NCBI GenBank assembly: GCA_045650465.1
Contig: JAZRRF010000024.1
Coordinates: forward strand, 838 to 64,837
Origin: Alistipes sp.
Lineage (GTDB): Bacteria > Bacteroidota > Bacteroidia > Bacteroidales > Rikenellaceae
Length of the DNA: 64,000 nt
Direction: 5' to 3'
Under the pieces are notes generated by a model, which was not told where the DNA came from, did not search any database, and saw only the letters and a program-made list of their open reading frames with translations. Of this stretch, positions 51,719 to 59,752 are shown piece after piece. The position numbers and the translations under genes were made by a program. The number at the start of each line of letters is the position of its first letter. The stretch's first letter is position 1.

Positions 51719-51959
51719 ATTGAAAATCTTTTATCATTACAATTTGTTTGCTTGGTTTTTCCATTAAAGAAAATGGGTATCTTATCCCATTTTGGGTTTC
51801 TACGCAAAACTGGTGTTGCCTATATTTGTATCCCTTTACACGGACAACACCTTCTATTTTATGTTCCACACCTTCTGAGAAGTAGCACATCTTAACTGTC
51901 TGCCCAGTTGCTATAGCTTTACGATTTCGGTCGATAATACCTGTTAAAATGTTTGCCAT
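51693..51959 (-). CDS. hypothetical protein
   Basis: 88-aa ATG-initiated ORF. Confidence 0.5.
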   Translation of the reverse strand: MANILTGIIDRNRKAIATGQTVKMCYFSEGVEHKIEGVVRVKGYKYRQHQFCVETQNGIRYPFSLMEKPSKQIVMIKDFQYAKDRTKI

Positions 51960-51960
51960 A

Positions 51961-52170
51961 TCATTCTATCGGTTTAAACATTTCACACTCTTCTGTTTCA
52001 AAGTCGTATTCTTCATCAACGTGTGGAGGACATATATTGGGCGATAGAAAGCCATTTACTGCTTTCTTGCGCAACTCCTTGCGAAGCCAATACCTGTAAC
52101 ACTTATCTCTTATTGCACAGGCTCTACCCATACAATGCGCTACATCGGTGGTGTAGGTTATCTTACTCAT
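51961..52170 (-). CDS. small Cys-rich protein
   Basis: 69 aa with six Cys (CMGRAC..DKC ... C ... C). Confidence 0.5.
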   Translation of the reverse strand: MSKITYTTDVAHCMGRACAIRDKCYRYWLRKELRKKAVNGFLSPNICPPHVDEEYDFETEECEMFKPIE

Positions 52171-52366
52171 ATCTCAATAGTTTTCTTTTTACCCAAACAT
52201 TTCTACCACAAAAAGGACAGGTTACATTGTATGAGAATCCTTCTATTTGACTATCGTTACTCATATTTGCATCACCGTGTTCAAATTCAAAACGAGTATG
52301 ACATCTATAACATTCACCTTGATATATAGGCTTGCCTATTGGTTTACTAATTATTTTTATTGCCAT
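52163..52366 (-). CDS. zinc-ribbon protein
   Basis: ATG at 52366; CYRC ... CPFC pairs. Confidence 0.5.
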   Translation of the reverse strand: MAIKIISKPIGKPIYQGECYRCHTRFEFEHGDANMSNDSQIEGFSYNVTCPFCGRNVWVKRKLLRYE

Positions 52367-52661
52367 AAAATTCACATCTAACTAAACCCAAATCACCTTT
52401 TTCCAGCAACGCGCTTTCAATAACCTTGCCGTTGTCTACAAGTTCTACATAACCGTATTGATGGTCTGGGAAATTATCACCTTCTATTACTGTAAGTTTT
52501 ATCCCAAAACAATCACAGGAACTTTGCCGTGCCTCAAGAAACTGTTTTAAATCCTCGGAACGGCCAAGATATTTCCTATTAAGCGTATATCTTTCCTCCA
52601 ACTTTATTCGTTGGGAAGTAAACTTCCTTATCATTCGTTTTAGCCAGTTCATTTTTCCCAT
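52347..52661 (-). CDS. hypothetical protein
   Basis: 104-aa ATG-initiated ORF. Confidence 0.5.
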   Translation of the reverse strand: MGKMNWLKRMIRKFTSQRIKLEERYTLNRKYLGRSEDLKQFLEARQSSCDCFGIKLTVIEGDNFPDHQYGYVELVDNGKVIESALLEKGDLGLVRCEFYGNKNN

Positions 52662-52897
52662 TCTTTATTTTCAATTATTGTTAATACTCGGTCTACTACA
52701 TCTTCAAGGCGTTGTGCTGGTGTTTGGTCATATACTTGATTGCCACAACAAATTATTACCTTATCATACGGATATGGGTTCAAGCAATAGTACTCGATAA
52801 AAACATATTCAAGATTGCCGCCATATCTCATTGTGTAAATATTGCCTTTGTATTCTATTTGTTTCGGCAGCTTGTCTATTTTCTCTTGTAGGGTCAT
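52649..52897 (-). CDS. hypothetical protein
   Basis: 82-aa ATG-initiated ORF. Confidence 0.5.
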   Translation of the reverse strand: MTLQEKIDKLPKQIEYKGNIYTMRYGGNLEYVFIEYYCLNPYPYDKVIICCGNQVYDQTPAQRLEDVVDRVLTIIENKEWEK

Positions 52898-52899
52898 AA

Positions 52900-53109
52900 T
52901 TATTTACTATATCGTTTAATTTCTGTACAAGTTTTAGTTATAGGGCAAAAATCGCAATATCCAAAACAACCTTGTGTTTTTTTCACGCAAGTAAATTTGC
53001 TCAACTCTAATACTTTCTTATTTAACTCTGCAACCTTATCCATTTCAGCGTAATACTTTTCTTTCGGAACGAGGTTGTCGTATTCTTCTTTTGTTAGTAT
53101 GTATTGCAT
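52900..53109 (-). CDS. small Cys-rich protein
   Basis: 69 aa; CVKKTQGCFGYCDFCPITKTC. Confidence 0.5.
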   Translation of the reverse strand: MQYILTKEEYDNLVPKEKYYAEMDKVAELNKKVLELSKFTCVKKTQGCFGYCDFCPITKTCTEIKRYSK

Positions 53110-53111
53110 AA

Positions 53112-53363
53112 TTATTCTTCTATCTTAGGTATTGGTAAATAATGGGTGTAATATGCGTGGTGTTCTATATCTCCGTACCACTCAAATATATCGTGTATTG
53201 GAGATATTACATCATATGTATAGCCGTAAGAATCTTTAGAAGCCAACGCAACAGGGGTTCCATCTTTATGCAGCTTAACTATCGCATTGATACTTTCGAT
53301 GCTTGCAACACCGTTCTCATCGCGGTCAATCTTTATCCAAGTCATTTTCTTTTTGTTGTCCAT
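53112..53363 (-). CDS. hypothetical protein
   Basis: 83-aa ATG-initiated ORF. Confidence 0.5.
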   Translation of the reverse strand: MDNKKKMTWIKIDRDENGVASIESINAIVKLHKDGTPVALASKDSYGYTYDVISPIHDIFEWYGDIEHHAYYTHYLPIPKIEE

Positions 53364-53530
53364 ACTTTCAATATTTTAAGCCAAGCTCTTGTATTCTCAC
53401 ACGCTTCTAACGATGTACTATGTGCATCACTTAATGTGCTTATAAACACCATAAAGAAATATGCTATTGACAAACACAAAGTGCAAAGCACATATAACAG
53501 CATTGCAAATGGGTATATTATGTATTTCAT
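53342..53530 (-). CDS. small membrane protein
   Basis: 62 aa; long hydrophobic N-terminal half. Confidence 0.45.
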   Translation of the reverse strand: MKYIIYPFAMLLYVLCTLCLSIAYFFMVFISTLSDAHSTSLEACENTRAWLKILKVWTTKRK

Positions 53531-53724
53531 CTTCTATGTGTTTTCTTATTCTTATTCTTTTTTCTTCTCGCTTTGATTGCTTTGGGGTTATTCCCTCTCT
53601 TCGTAGAACTGCCCTTGTATGATGTTCCTATATGCGAATAGGTATTACTTAATTTACTACAATATGCTACATCAAATAAATCGGCATACATGGCAACTTC
53701 TTCCATAGCACTACCTATACTCAT
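53527..53724 (-). CDS. small protein with very basic C-terminus
   Basis: 65 aa; ends KAIKARRKKNKNKKTHRR. Confidence 0.45.
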   Translation of the reverse strand: MSIGSAMEEVAMYADLFDVAYCSKLSNTYSHIGTSYKGSSTKRGNNPKAIKARRKKNKNKKTHRR

Positions 53725-54008
53725 TCCGCACCTCCTTCCATTGCTTGCCTAAACTCGGCAATAATCTCTTCCACATCCACCCCACGGCGGTGCAGCTCTG
53801 TGAGGCAACAGATGAGGACATCTGCCAACTCTTCCTGTGCCTGGGTGTATTCCGGCAGGTGCTCACTTGGATCTACCTCGCTCGCCTCGCGGAACTCCTT
53901 CAGCTCGCTGAGGATACCGAAGAACGCATCAAGGTGGCCTGCATCCTTTTCTGTCTTGCCGCGAATAATCGCAGTGTTAAATGCGGTCTGTGCTAATTGG
54001 TTTATCAT
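53721..54008 (-). CDS. MazG-like nucleotide pyrophosphohydrolase
   Basis: 95 aa; ILSELKEFREA ... EELADVLICCLTELHRRGVDVEE matches the all-alpha MazG/dimeric-dUTPase EExxE/D pattern. Confidence 0.55.
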   Translation of the reverse strand: MINQLAQTAFNTAIIRGKTEKDAGHLDAFFGILSELKEFREASEVDPSEHLPEYTQAQEELADVLICCLTELHRRGVDVEEIIAEFRQAMEGGAE

Positions 54009-54222
54009 TGTGTGTACTTATTAAATACCGCATCTCCTCCTCGGGAGTCATATAGCGGATGGTTGGTTTACTATTTGTTTTGTCTATCATCTCCTGAACG
54101 CTTGTTGATACGGGGAACTGGTTGAAGATTTTTGCAATTCGTTCAGCCGCACCTTTAATCAGCTGGATGCCAAAAAATAAATTCGCGCCCCTGAATTCTT
54201 TTTTGGGTTTATCTATGTACAT
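53977..54222 (-). CDS. hypothetical protein
   Basis: 81-aa ATG-initiated ORF. Confidence 0.45.
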   Translation of the reverse strand: MYIDKPKKEFRGANLFFGIQLIKGAAERIAKIFNQFPVSTSVQEMIDKTNSKPTIRYMTPEEEMRYLISTHNDKPISTDRI

Positions 54223-54243
54223 TTTGCTTTCTTTTTTCGGGGA

Positions 54244-54277
54244 TTAAAAAGAGCCGAAAGAATCAATCTCGCGGCTC
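54244..54277 (-). terminator. possible internal terminator
   Basis: Minus strand GAGCCG-15 nt-CGGCTC followed by TTTTTAA. Confidence 0.35.
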
Positions 54278-54286
54278 CAATGGTTG

Positions 54287-54445
54287 TTACTGCTCAGCCT
54301 CAAGGGCAAGCATCTTTATACATAAATCGTGTGGCTCAAGGTCTCTTGTCATTTCGCAGAACTCCGCGAACTTGTGGAACAACCCAGATGCTATGATGAA
54401 TGCATAGGCGCGGTTCTTCGCGTCCTTCTCAATCTGTAACTTACT
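54287..54445 (-). CDS. hypothetical small protein
   Basis: ATG at 54445 (MSKLQIEK) avoids overlap with the upstream gene; 52 aa. Confidence 0.4.
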   Translation of the reverse strand, partial: SKLQIEKDAKNRAYAFIIASGLFHKFAEFCEMTRDLEPHDLCIKMLALEAEQ

Positions 54446-54474
54446 CATTGCTTTTCCCTCCCCTGTTGAATAAG

Positions 54475-54738
54475 TTATGACTTGGTTACGACCTTGATGT
54501 TGCAAGGTGGGTTGTCTTCTTCGTAAGCATTGACTATCAATTCCATATGTTGGGTATGCAGTTCGATGATTGCTGCAGCATCTCTGAATATTGATGCCAC
54601 TTGTTGCAGGTCTTCTTCCTTACTTGCCGAATCAGCCATATGCCTGAAGTAATCAACCATAAACGATGGACTGTTAGCCGGGATATATCCGTCAATCAAA
54701 CCGTACTCCTTGGCTTTTTGAAATACATTCTTTTCCAT
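54475..54738 (-). CDS. hypothetical protein
   Basis: 87-aa ATG-initiated ORF. Confidence 0.5.
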   Translation of the reverse strand: MEKNVFQKAKEYGLIDGYIPANSPSFMVDYFRHMADSASKEEDLQQVASIFRDAAAIIELHTQHMELIVNAYEEDNPPCNIKVVTKS

Positions 54739-54740
54739 AG

Positions 54741-55517
54741 TTACGCTGCCATTTTCTTGTTATACAAATCGAGAATAAACTGCTTGCCGAGTTCAGTCCA
54801 GTACATCTGCTGTCGGGTCTTGAAGTTGCCTTGACTATCGACATAGGGGTGCGGACGGTGGACTACATAACCTCTATCGCGGTATTTGGCTTTGAGGTGG
54901 TAGGTCTTGCTCTCGTAATATTGCACATCCCATTCGCAGAGCAGTTTGTTGAGTTTGATTGCAGAGATACCCAAGCAGTCGGCTATCATATTGACGGTAA
55001 GGTAGCCTTCGGAAGATAATACCTTGTCGTGGTATTCTACCTTTGGGGCTTGGAGCTTGAGTTGATGCTCTTGCTCGATATTCACAAGTTGCAGGCGTTC
55101 TTTCTCTTCTTCGGCTTCGAGGGCCAACTGAATTAACTCTTTGCGTGTAAGCTCACGTTGTACCATTTTGGCGGCTCCATGAAATACTTGTCGGTAAACC
55201 TCAAACACAGGGCGAATGCGGCGGGCGATGAAGAACTCCAAACAGGAAACTGTGAGGTAGTAATCAACAGTCGGACGACCGCCATTTGGGTTTTGCGGAT
55301 TTTTCCGCAAAACTTGATAATCAACGCCTTCAATGAAAGAAGAGTTTTGCAGAGCCTCGACTGCGTCAGATTTCCTTGTATAGACAAGCATCCATACTTC
55401 ATCGAGATTGATTGGAAACTCGTTGTCGGATTTAGACAACTCTAAAATTGCGGAGAAGTAACTTTTAATTTCGTTTGAGGTACTCTCCTTTGTGAGGATT
55501 AAATTTGTTTGTGCCAT
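54741..55517 (-). CDS. second phage antirepressor (Ant-like N-terminus plus KilAC C-terminus)
   Basis: C-terminus LQAPKVEYHDKVLSSEGYLTVNMIADCLGISAIKLNKLLCEWDVQYY is homologous to the C-terminus of ORF 28899-29663. ATG at 55517 (or 55541). Confidence 0.75.
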   Translation of the reverse strand: MAQTNLILTKESTSNEIKSYFSAILELSKSDNEFPINLDEVWMLVYTRKSDAVEALQNSSFIEGVDYQVLRKNPQNPNGGRPTVDYYLTVSCLEFFIARRIRPVFEVYRQVFHGAAKMVQRELTRKELIQLALEAEEEKERLQLVNIEQEHQLKLQAPKVEYHDKVLSSEGYLTVNMIADCLGISAIKLNKLLCEWDVQYYESKTYHLKAKYRDRGYVVHRPHPYVDSQGNFKTRQQMYWTELGKQFILDLYNKKMAA

Positions 55518-55726
55518 GATTAAGACAATTTTTGGCATCATAGGACAGAAGAATGGCGTCCACTTCCCATTGTCTCACTTCCTAATAGGCAAGTTGCTAC
55601 GCCATTAAGCAATAGCATGGGGTTGAACGCCATAGTAAATGCCTTTCCCGTCGACTTTCACCATAGAGGCAGTGGGTGCATTAACACTCCACACGGGGGT
55701 ACAATCGCTATATTTAGCACAAACAA

Positions 55727-55759
55727 GCAAAAATAAAAATTGCCTGCAAGTTGGCAGGC
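55727..55759 (-). terminator. rho-independent terminator
   Basis: Minus strand GCCTGC-caactt-GCAGGC followed by AATTTTTATTTTTG. Confidence 0.65.
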
Positions 55760-55866
55760 TTCCGCTTGCCTATTATGAAATGAGACAGTGCAAATATAGC
55801 TCTGCTGTTCTATTCTGCCAAATGTTTTTGAAATTATTTTTTCATTCCGTTTTGGTTATAACTATG

Positions 55867-56292
55867 TTATAAAATTCTCTTACTCAAAAATTTCGCCCAC
55901 TTGTATTCTATTCTCGCGCCACGGCTCTCCTGCCAATTGGGGAGCTGATATATCTTGTCGCAGAACATTATCGCCCACAGGCACTTTGCCATACATCTTA
56001 CCCAGCTCCAGTTCTTACGGCATATCTTCATTGGGTTGATGACTTGGTAGCCCATCGCGGCAAGTGTCCTCTCCGCATTTGAGAAATTCCCGCATGCCAC
56101 AAGATACGGCAAGTCACTGACCTTGCCACTGATGAATACCTTGGTGCGGATGTGGTATCGTTTCATTATCTCCCTCTCATCCATCGCCCCTGTGGTGTAC
56201 GCCCTCATCAGAGCCACACCATCCGCTTTATTTTGGTGCGCCACCGCATATTCGTGTGCGCGTTTGTTAATTGTGTTCATTAGTTTATCCAT
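55867..56292 (-). CDS. DUF4406-like (nucleoside 2-deoxyribosyltransferase-like) protein
   Basis: KVFISGKVSDLPYL...NFSNAERTLAAMGYQVINP ... CDKIYQLPNWQESRGARIEYKWA matches the DUF4406 pattern as I recall it. Confidence 0.65.
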   Translation of the reverse strand: MDKLMNTINKRAHEYAVAHQNKADGVALMRAYTTGAMDEREIMKRYHIRTKVFISGKVSDLPYLVACGNFSNAERTLAAMGYQVINPMKICRKNWSWVRCMAKCLWAIMFCDKIYQLPNWQESRGARIEYKWAKFLSKRIL

Positions 56293-56333
56293 TTGATTGT
56301 TGTTGGTCCTTTATATCCTTTCTCCCAAACATA

Positions 56334-56882
56334 TCAGGCATAAGCAACAGCACTGCCACCGGTTGTCCTTAACCCTTCAAAATTGCCATTCATCGCACAG
56401 TTTATGCGCGAGGATGAAACATATATTACCTTTGGTGGAAAATTCGTAAACAGGCGCTTACGTCCTTTGCCCTCCATGAATTGAAGTTTCAGGAACATCG
56501 CTACCTTGTTGCCCTCGCGTATGATGGAAAGTGCTTTGTATATGAACTCTGTTGCAAGTTTATAGGGCGGATTGGTTACTATATCGCCGTGCCAAGAGGT
56601 ATTATCCATTGAAAGAAAATCATAAACCTCAGTAGTCGGCGTGCGTTGTACAATGTCGCTTGTCCTTACGTCGTGGCCGTGCTTCTTGAATACATCGGCC
56701 AAATGGTTCTCACCGCTTGCACATTCCCATATATTGGACAAGAACTCTTCTTGTTGCAGTAGAAGCTCTGCAGCTATCGGGTCGGTGGCGTAATAGTCAT
56801 TAGCCTGCCGCTCCTTTTCGGTGTGGTTGCTCGCGCCAAGCGTCTTGAATACGCTGTTTTTATTTCCGGTCCAGTCTTTCAT
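56334..56882 (-). CDS. N6-adenine DNA methyltransferase
   Basis: DIVTNPPYK catalytic motif; ATG at 56882 overlaps the upstream stop (TAATG). Confidence 0.8.
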   Translation of the reverse strand: MKDWTGNKNSVFKTLGASNHTEKERQANDYYATDPIAAELLLQQEEFLSNIWECASGENHLADVFKKHGHDVRTSDIVQRTPTTEVYDFLSMDNTSWHGDIVTNPPYKLATEFIYKALSIIREGNKVAMFLKLQFMEGKGRKRLFTNFPPKVIYVSSSRINCAMNGNFEGLRTTGGSAVAYA

Positions 56883-57997
56883 TATTCTACTTCTTTGAGT
56901 TCTCCATCGATTAACTGATACCAAGTGTCGGCCTTGACTGTTTTTCCATCAACCTTGACCGCTCGAACTTCTTTGATTGGACATGTCACTCCATTCCACT
57001 CTTCTCTTTCGGCAATACACAGCCAACAGCCTATTGCTCCTTTTGCCTTGCATTGATAACCAGCTGCAAGAGCAATAGAATTTAAGCCTGTTGCGGATGA
57101 TGCACCCTTGTAGCCTGTTGCGGATGATGCACCACAGTTGCCTGTTGCGGATGATGCACCCTTGTAGCCTGTTGCGGATGATGCACCGTAGTCGCCTGTT
57201 GCGGATGATGCACCGTAGTTGCCTGTTGCGGATGATGCACCACAGTTGCCTGTTGCGGATGATGCACCGTAGTTGCCTGTTGCGGATGATGCACCACAGT
57301 TGCCTGTTGCGGATGATGCACCGTAGTAGCCTGTTGCGGATGATGCACCCTTGTAGCCTGTTGCGGATGATGCACCGTAGTCGCCTGTTGCGGATGATGC
57401 ACCGTAGTCGCCTGTTGCGGATGATGCACCCTTGTAGCCTGTTGCGGATGATGCACCACAGTTGCCTGTTGCGGATGATGCACCACAGTTGCCTGTTGCG
57501 GATGATGCACCCTTGTAGCCTGTTGCGGATGATGCACCGTAGTTGCCTGTTGCGGATGATGCACCACAGTTGCCTGTTGCGGATGATGCACCGTAGTTGC
57601 CTGTTGCGGATGATGCACCACAGTTGCCTGTTGCGGATGATGCACCGTAGTCGCCTGTTGCGTGTTTGGTATTCTCCGGTGTTGATTTCTCAAATGTAAA
57701 TTTAATTGCAGCTGCAACAATGTCTTTCAGTGAAAGTTCTGCGCCTATCTTGATTTTCGTTGAGCAGGTTTTATCGCTTTCGCTCTTATCAATCTCTCCA
57801 CTTTGTTCTACTTCGCAATAGCGGCTATCGCTGGGTGCATAATGACTGAATACATCTAATGGATGCTCGCAAGCGTGAAAACCACGGTGACAGGCTTTTG
57901 CTTCTTTCTCTTCGTATTCTTTGCCTATCTCGTACTGGAAGCCTCGGCACTTGAGGTCTTTGTCGAAGCCTTTGAATGATTTAATAATCTTTGTCAT
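56882..57997 (-). CDS. repeat protein: GFHAC-motif N-domain, 21 x GASSATGxx nonapeptides, Cys-containing C-domain
   Basis: 371 aa; N-terminus KGFDKDLKCRGFQYEIGKEYE...CHRGFHACEHPLDVF. The central array is encoded by perfect 27-bp repeats. Confidence 0.75.
   Translation of the reverse strand: MTKIIKSFKGFDKDLKCRGFQYEIGKEYEEKEAKACHRGFHACEHPLDVFSHYAPSDSRYCEVEQSGEIDKSESDKTCSTKIKIGAELSLKDIVAAAIKFTFEKSTPENTKHATGDYGASSATGNCGASSATGNYGASSATGNCGASSATGNYGASSATGYKGASSATGNCGASSATGNCGASSATGYKGASSATGDYGASSATGDYGASSATGYKGASSATGYYGASSATGNCGASSATGNYGASSATGNCGASSATGNYGASSATGDYGASSATGYKGASSATGNCGASSATGYKGASSATGLNSIALAAGYQCKAKGAIGCWLCIAEREEWNGVTCPIKEVRAVKVDGKTVKADTWYQLIDGELKEVE
57086..57664 (-). repeat. 27-bp tandem repeat, 21 full units plus a partial one
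   Basis: gcctgttgcggatgatgcacc is invariant in every unit. It is followed by one of five hexamers: cttgta, acagtt, gtagtt, gtagtc, gtagta. Confidence 0.95.
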
Positions 57998-58160
57998 AAC
58001 TCTTCTTCTTTTTCCCTGCGTTCAGCGCAGTGTTAATAATATCCTGCATCGTAGTGCAGATAAATCTCATATCATCCGGTGTCGGGTCAATCACCGTGCC
58101 ATAGAGGTCAATGCGCTCCTTCAGCAACTCAAGTGCCTTGCGGTAAATCTTTTCGTTCAT
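57981..58160 (-). CDS. hypothetical small protein (below ORF-track cutoff)
   Basis: Hand-translated 59-aa ORF MNEKIYRKALELLKERIDLYGTVIDP...; its ATG overlaps the upstream stop (ATGA), filling an otherwise empty gap. Confidence 0.4.
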   Translation of the reverse strand: MNEKIYRKALELLKERIDLYGTVIDPTPDDMRFICTTMQDIINTALNAGKKKKSYDKDY

Positions 58161-58381
58161 AGTTTCGCAATTAAGCAGATTAAATACCCAATATAAAGTA
58201 TTATATTAACAATCGCTGTAACCATAATAACCCAAGCAATAGCCCTCATCAACTGAGGATTGTACTTGTACTCTCCTGTCGCATACCAATAGAATCTATT
58301 CTTCTTGTCGACTTTATTAAACACACACAGCGCAATAAGCAGTAGCACGCTTACTATTGCGCAAAAACTCGAAATTCTCAT
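58157..58381 (-). CDS. small membrane protein
   Basis: 74 aa with 2-3 hydrophobic helices; ATG overlaps the upstream stop. Confidence 0.5.
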   Translation of the reverse strand: MRISSFCAIVSVLLLIALCVFNKVDKKNRFYWYATGEYKYNPQLMRAIAWVIMVTAIVNIILYIGYLICLIAKL

Positions 58382-59340
58382 AGTTTTCTCAATCTTGATA
58401 AAATAAATGCACCGGGTTGGTTAATCTTCCCCTTCTTAATCTCCTTGATGGCATATTGCAGTTCAACCAAAGCCTGCCGCTTGCCTCCGGCAATGCCATA
58501 AATCTCGCAATAGTCAAGATCCGAGAGATTATCCTTGCACCAACATATCGCATGATACCATTCAGTGTTGACATCTCCCGCCTGTTTACGCAGCGACTCG
58601 TTCAACTGATTCAGCGGATACCTCAACCGCTTCGTCTCCTCATCCAACTGCAACCACTCGCGGTAGTATTGGGTAAACCCATTCTGGAAGCTTCCGCTAA
58701 TCGCAACCGCATCCCATACATCCTCGCGTATCTGCGCCCATTTCCCAAGTTCAGAATATAAATTCTTAACCTCTCCTCCTCCTCGCGTGTGCGCGTCTTG
58801 AGGAAGATTATTTACTTCTATTCTATTCTCTTTACTTCTCTTTACTTCTCTTCGCGGCAAACTTCCCGAACAATCGTCCATTCCTCCCGAACAATCCGCT
58901 GTTTCTTCACTTTCCTCCGGAATAATCTCACTTTCCTCCGGAATAATCTCGCATTTTTCCGTAAGTTTGATATTTTCAGGAATTACAGCATCTTTGCGTT
59001 TCGCCCGTTGGCAGAAATCCATATAACGCTCTTGTATGGAGCGCGAAGTAACAACACCTTCCGCAAGTTTCTCCTCGTCAAAAAGCCCAACCGAAGCACA
59101 GAATGACACAACCTGTTTAACAACATCTTCCGTCAATGCAAGATATTCTGCAACATCAAAGATTATATCCTCTGTCCATTCAAGGAAACACCCCTTGTCG
59201 CGGTAAATCTCACATAAGACATAGTCATATACCGCAAGGCCTTGACAGCCATGCGCCTTCTTCAGACGTTTAATCTTGATATCCTGGTAGCGGTCTGTGT
59301 CAACAGAGAAGTAGTTGAGTCCAATTTTTGCTTTAGCCAT
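58378..59340 (-). CDS. replication initiation protein (DUF4373 / Lin1244-Lin1753-like N-domain)
   Basis: MAKAKIGLNYFSVDTDRYQDIKIKRLKKAHGCQGLAVYDYVLCEIYRDKGCFLEW is typical of Bacteroidota phage replication proteins as I recall them. Confidence 0.65.
   Translation of the reverse strand: MAKAKIGLNYFSVDTDRYQDIKIKRLKKAHGCQGLAVYDYVLCEIYRDKGCFLEWTEDIIFDVAEYLALTEDVVKQVVSFCASVGLFDEEKLAEGVVTSRSIQERYMDFCQRAKRKDAVIPENIKLTEKCEIIPEESEIIPEESEETADCSGGMDDCSGSLPRREVKRSKENRIEVNNLPQDAHTRGGGEVKNLYSELGKWAQIREDVWDAVAISGSFQNGFTQYYREWLQLDEETKRLRYPLNQLNESLRKQAGDVNTEWYHAICWCKDNLSDLDYCEIYGIAGGKRQALVELQYAIKEIKKGKINQPGAFILSRLRKL
58811..58950. repeat. cluster of short direct repeats inside the replication gene (iteron-like)
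   Basis: TTTACTTCT x3 (58811, 58831, 58841); TCCCGAACAATC x2 (58864, 58885); 21-mer cactttcctccggaataatct x2 (58909-58929, 58930-58950). Confidence 0.6.
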
Positions 59341-59752
59341 TCTTCTGTTTTTCTAAATCTTTGACTTTTTGTTTGTAGTATTTTATCAACTCTTTATACT
59401 CGAAATCGGAATATTTCTTGTAAAAAGTTTTCTTCAATCGAAGTTCCTTGATAATACCCTCACCATACTTCTTGATAAGTCCCTCTTCATAACCCACATT
59501 GTTGCCTTCGTCATAGGTGTTACACTTTGGGCATTGTAGGTTACAATTGCGTTCATCGAACCTAAGATTCATGTGTTGGCGGTTAATATAGTGCCCGTTG
59601 TGAGCTTTCTTCCAGTGAATAATTTTACCGCAACTGATGCAACGGCCGAAGCCGTTAGCATCGCTGTCGCGCAGTCTTATGTAAAGTGAAAACCATCTGT
59701 CAAGGGTTGCTTTGTACCCCGTCATCTTTTTGCATTTCGACAATAAAGGCAT
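59333..59752 (-). CDS. NinG/Rap-like recombination endonuclease
   Basis: WFSLYIRLRDSDANGFGRCISCGK...AHNGHYINRQH.NLRFDERNCNLQCPKCNTYDEGN matches the lambda NinG family pattern. ATG at 59752 or 59725; the ORF-track start is TTG. Confidence 0.7.
   Translation of the reverse strand: MPLLSKCKKMTGYKATLDRWFSLYIRLRDSDANGFGRCISCGKIIHWKKAHNGHYINRQHMNLRFDERNCNLQCPKCNTYDEGNNVGYEEGLIKKYGEGIIKELRLKKTFYKKYSDFEYKELIKYYKQKVKDLEKQKNG

Noticed and set aside
57086-57664. Possible CRISPR array (regular short repeats)
   Set aside because: The units are directly abutting with no spacers, are in frame within a protein-coding gene, and only a 6-nt position varies. This is not CRISPR architecture.
57082-57720. Long ORFs in other frames and on the plus strand across the 27-bp repeat array (HPQQATTVH... 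and LLRMMH... translations)
   Set aside because: They are open only because the repeat unit lacks stop codons in those frames. They have no non-repetitive flanks or sensible starts, whereas the GASSATG frame continues into well-formed N- and C-terminal domains.
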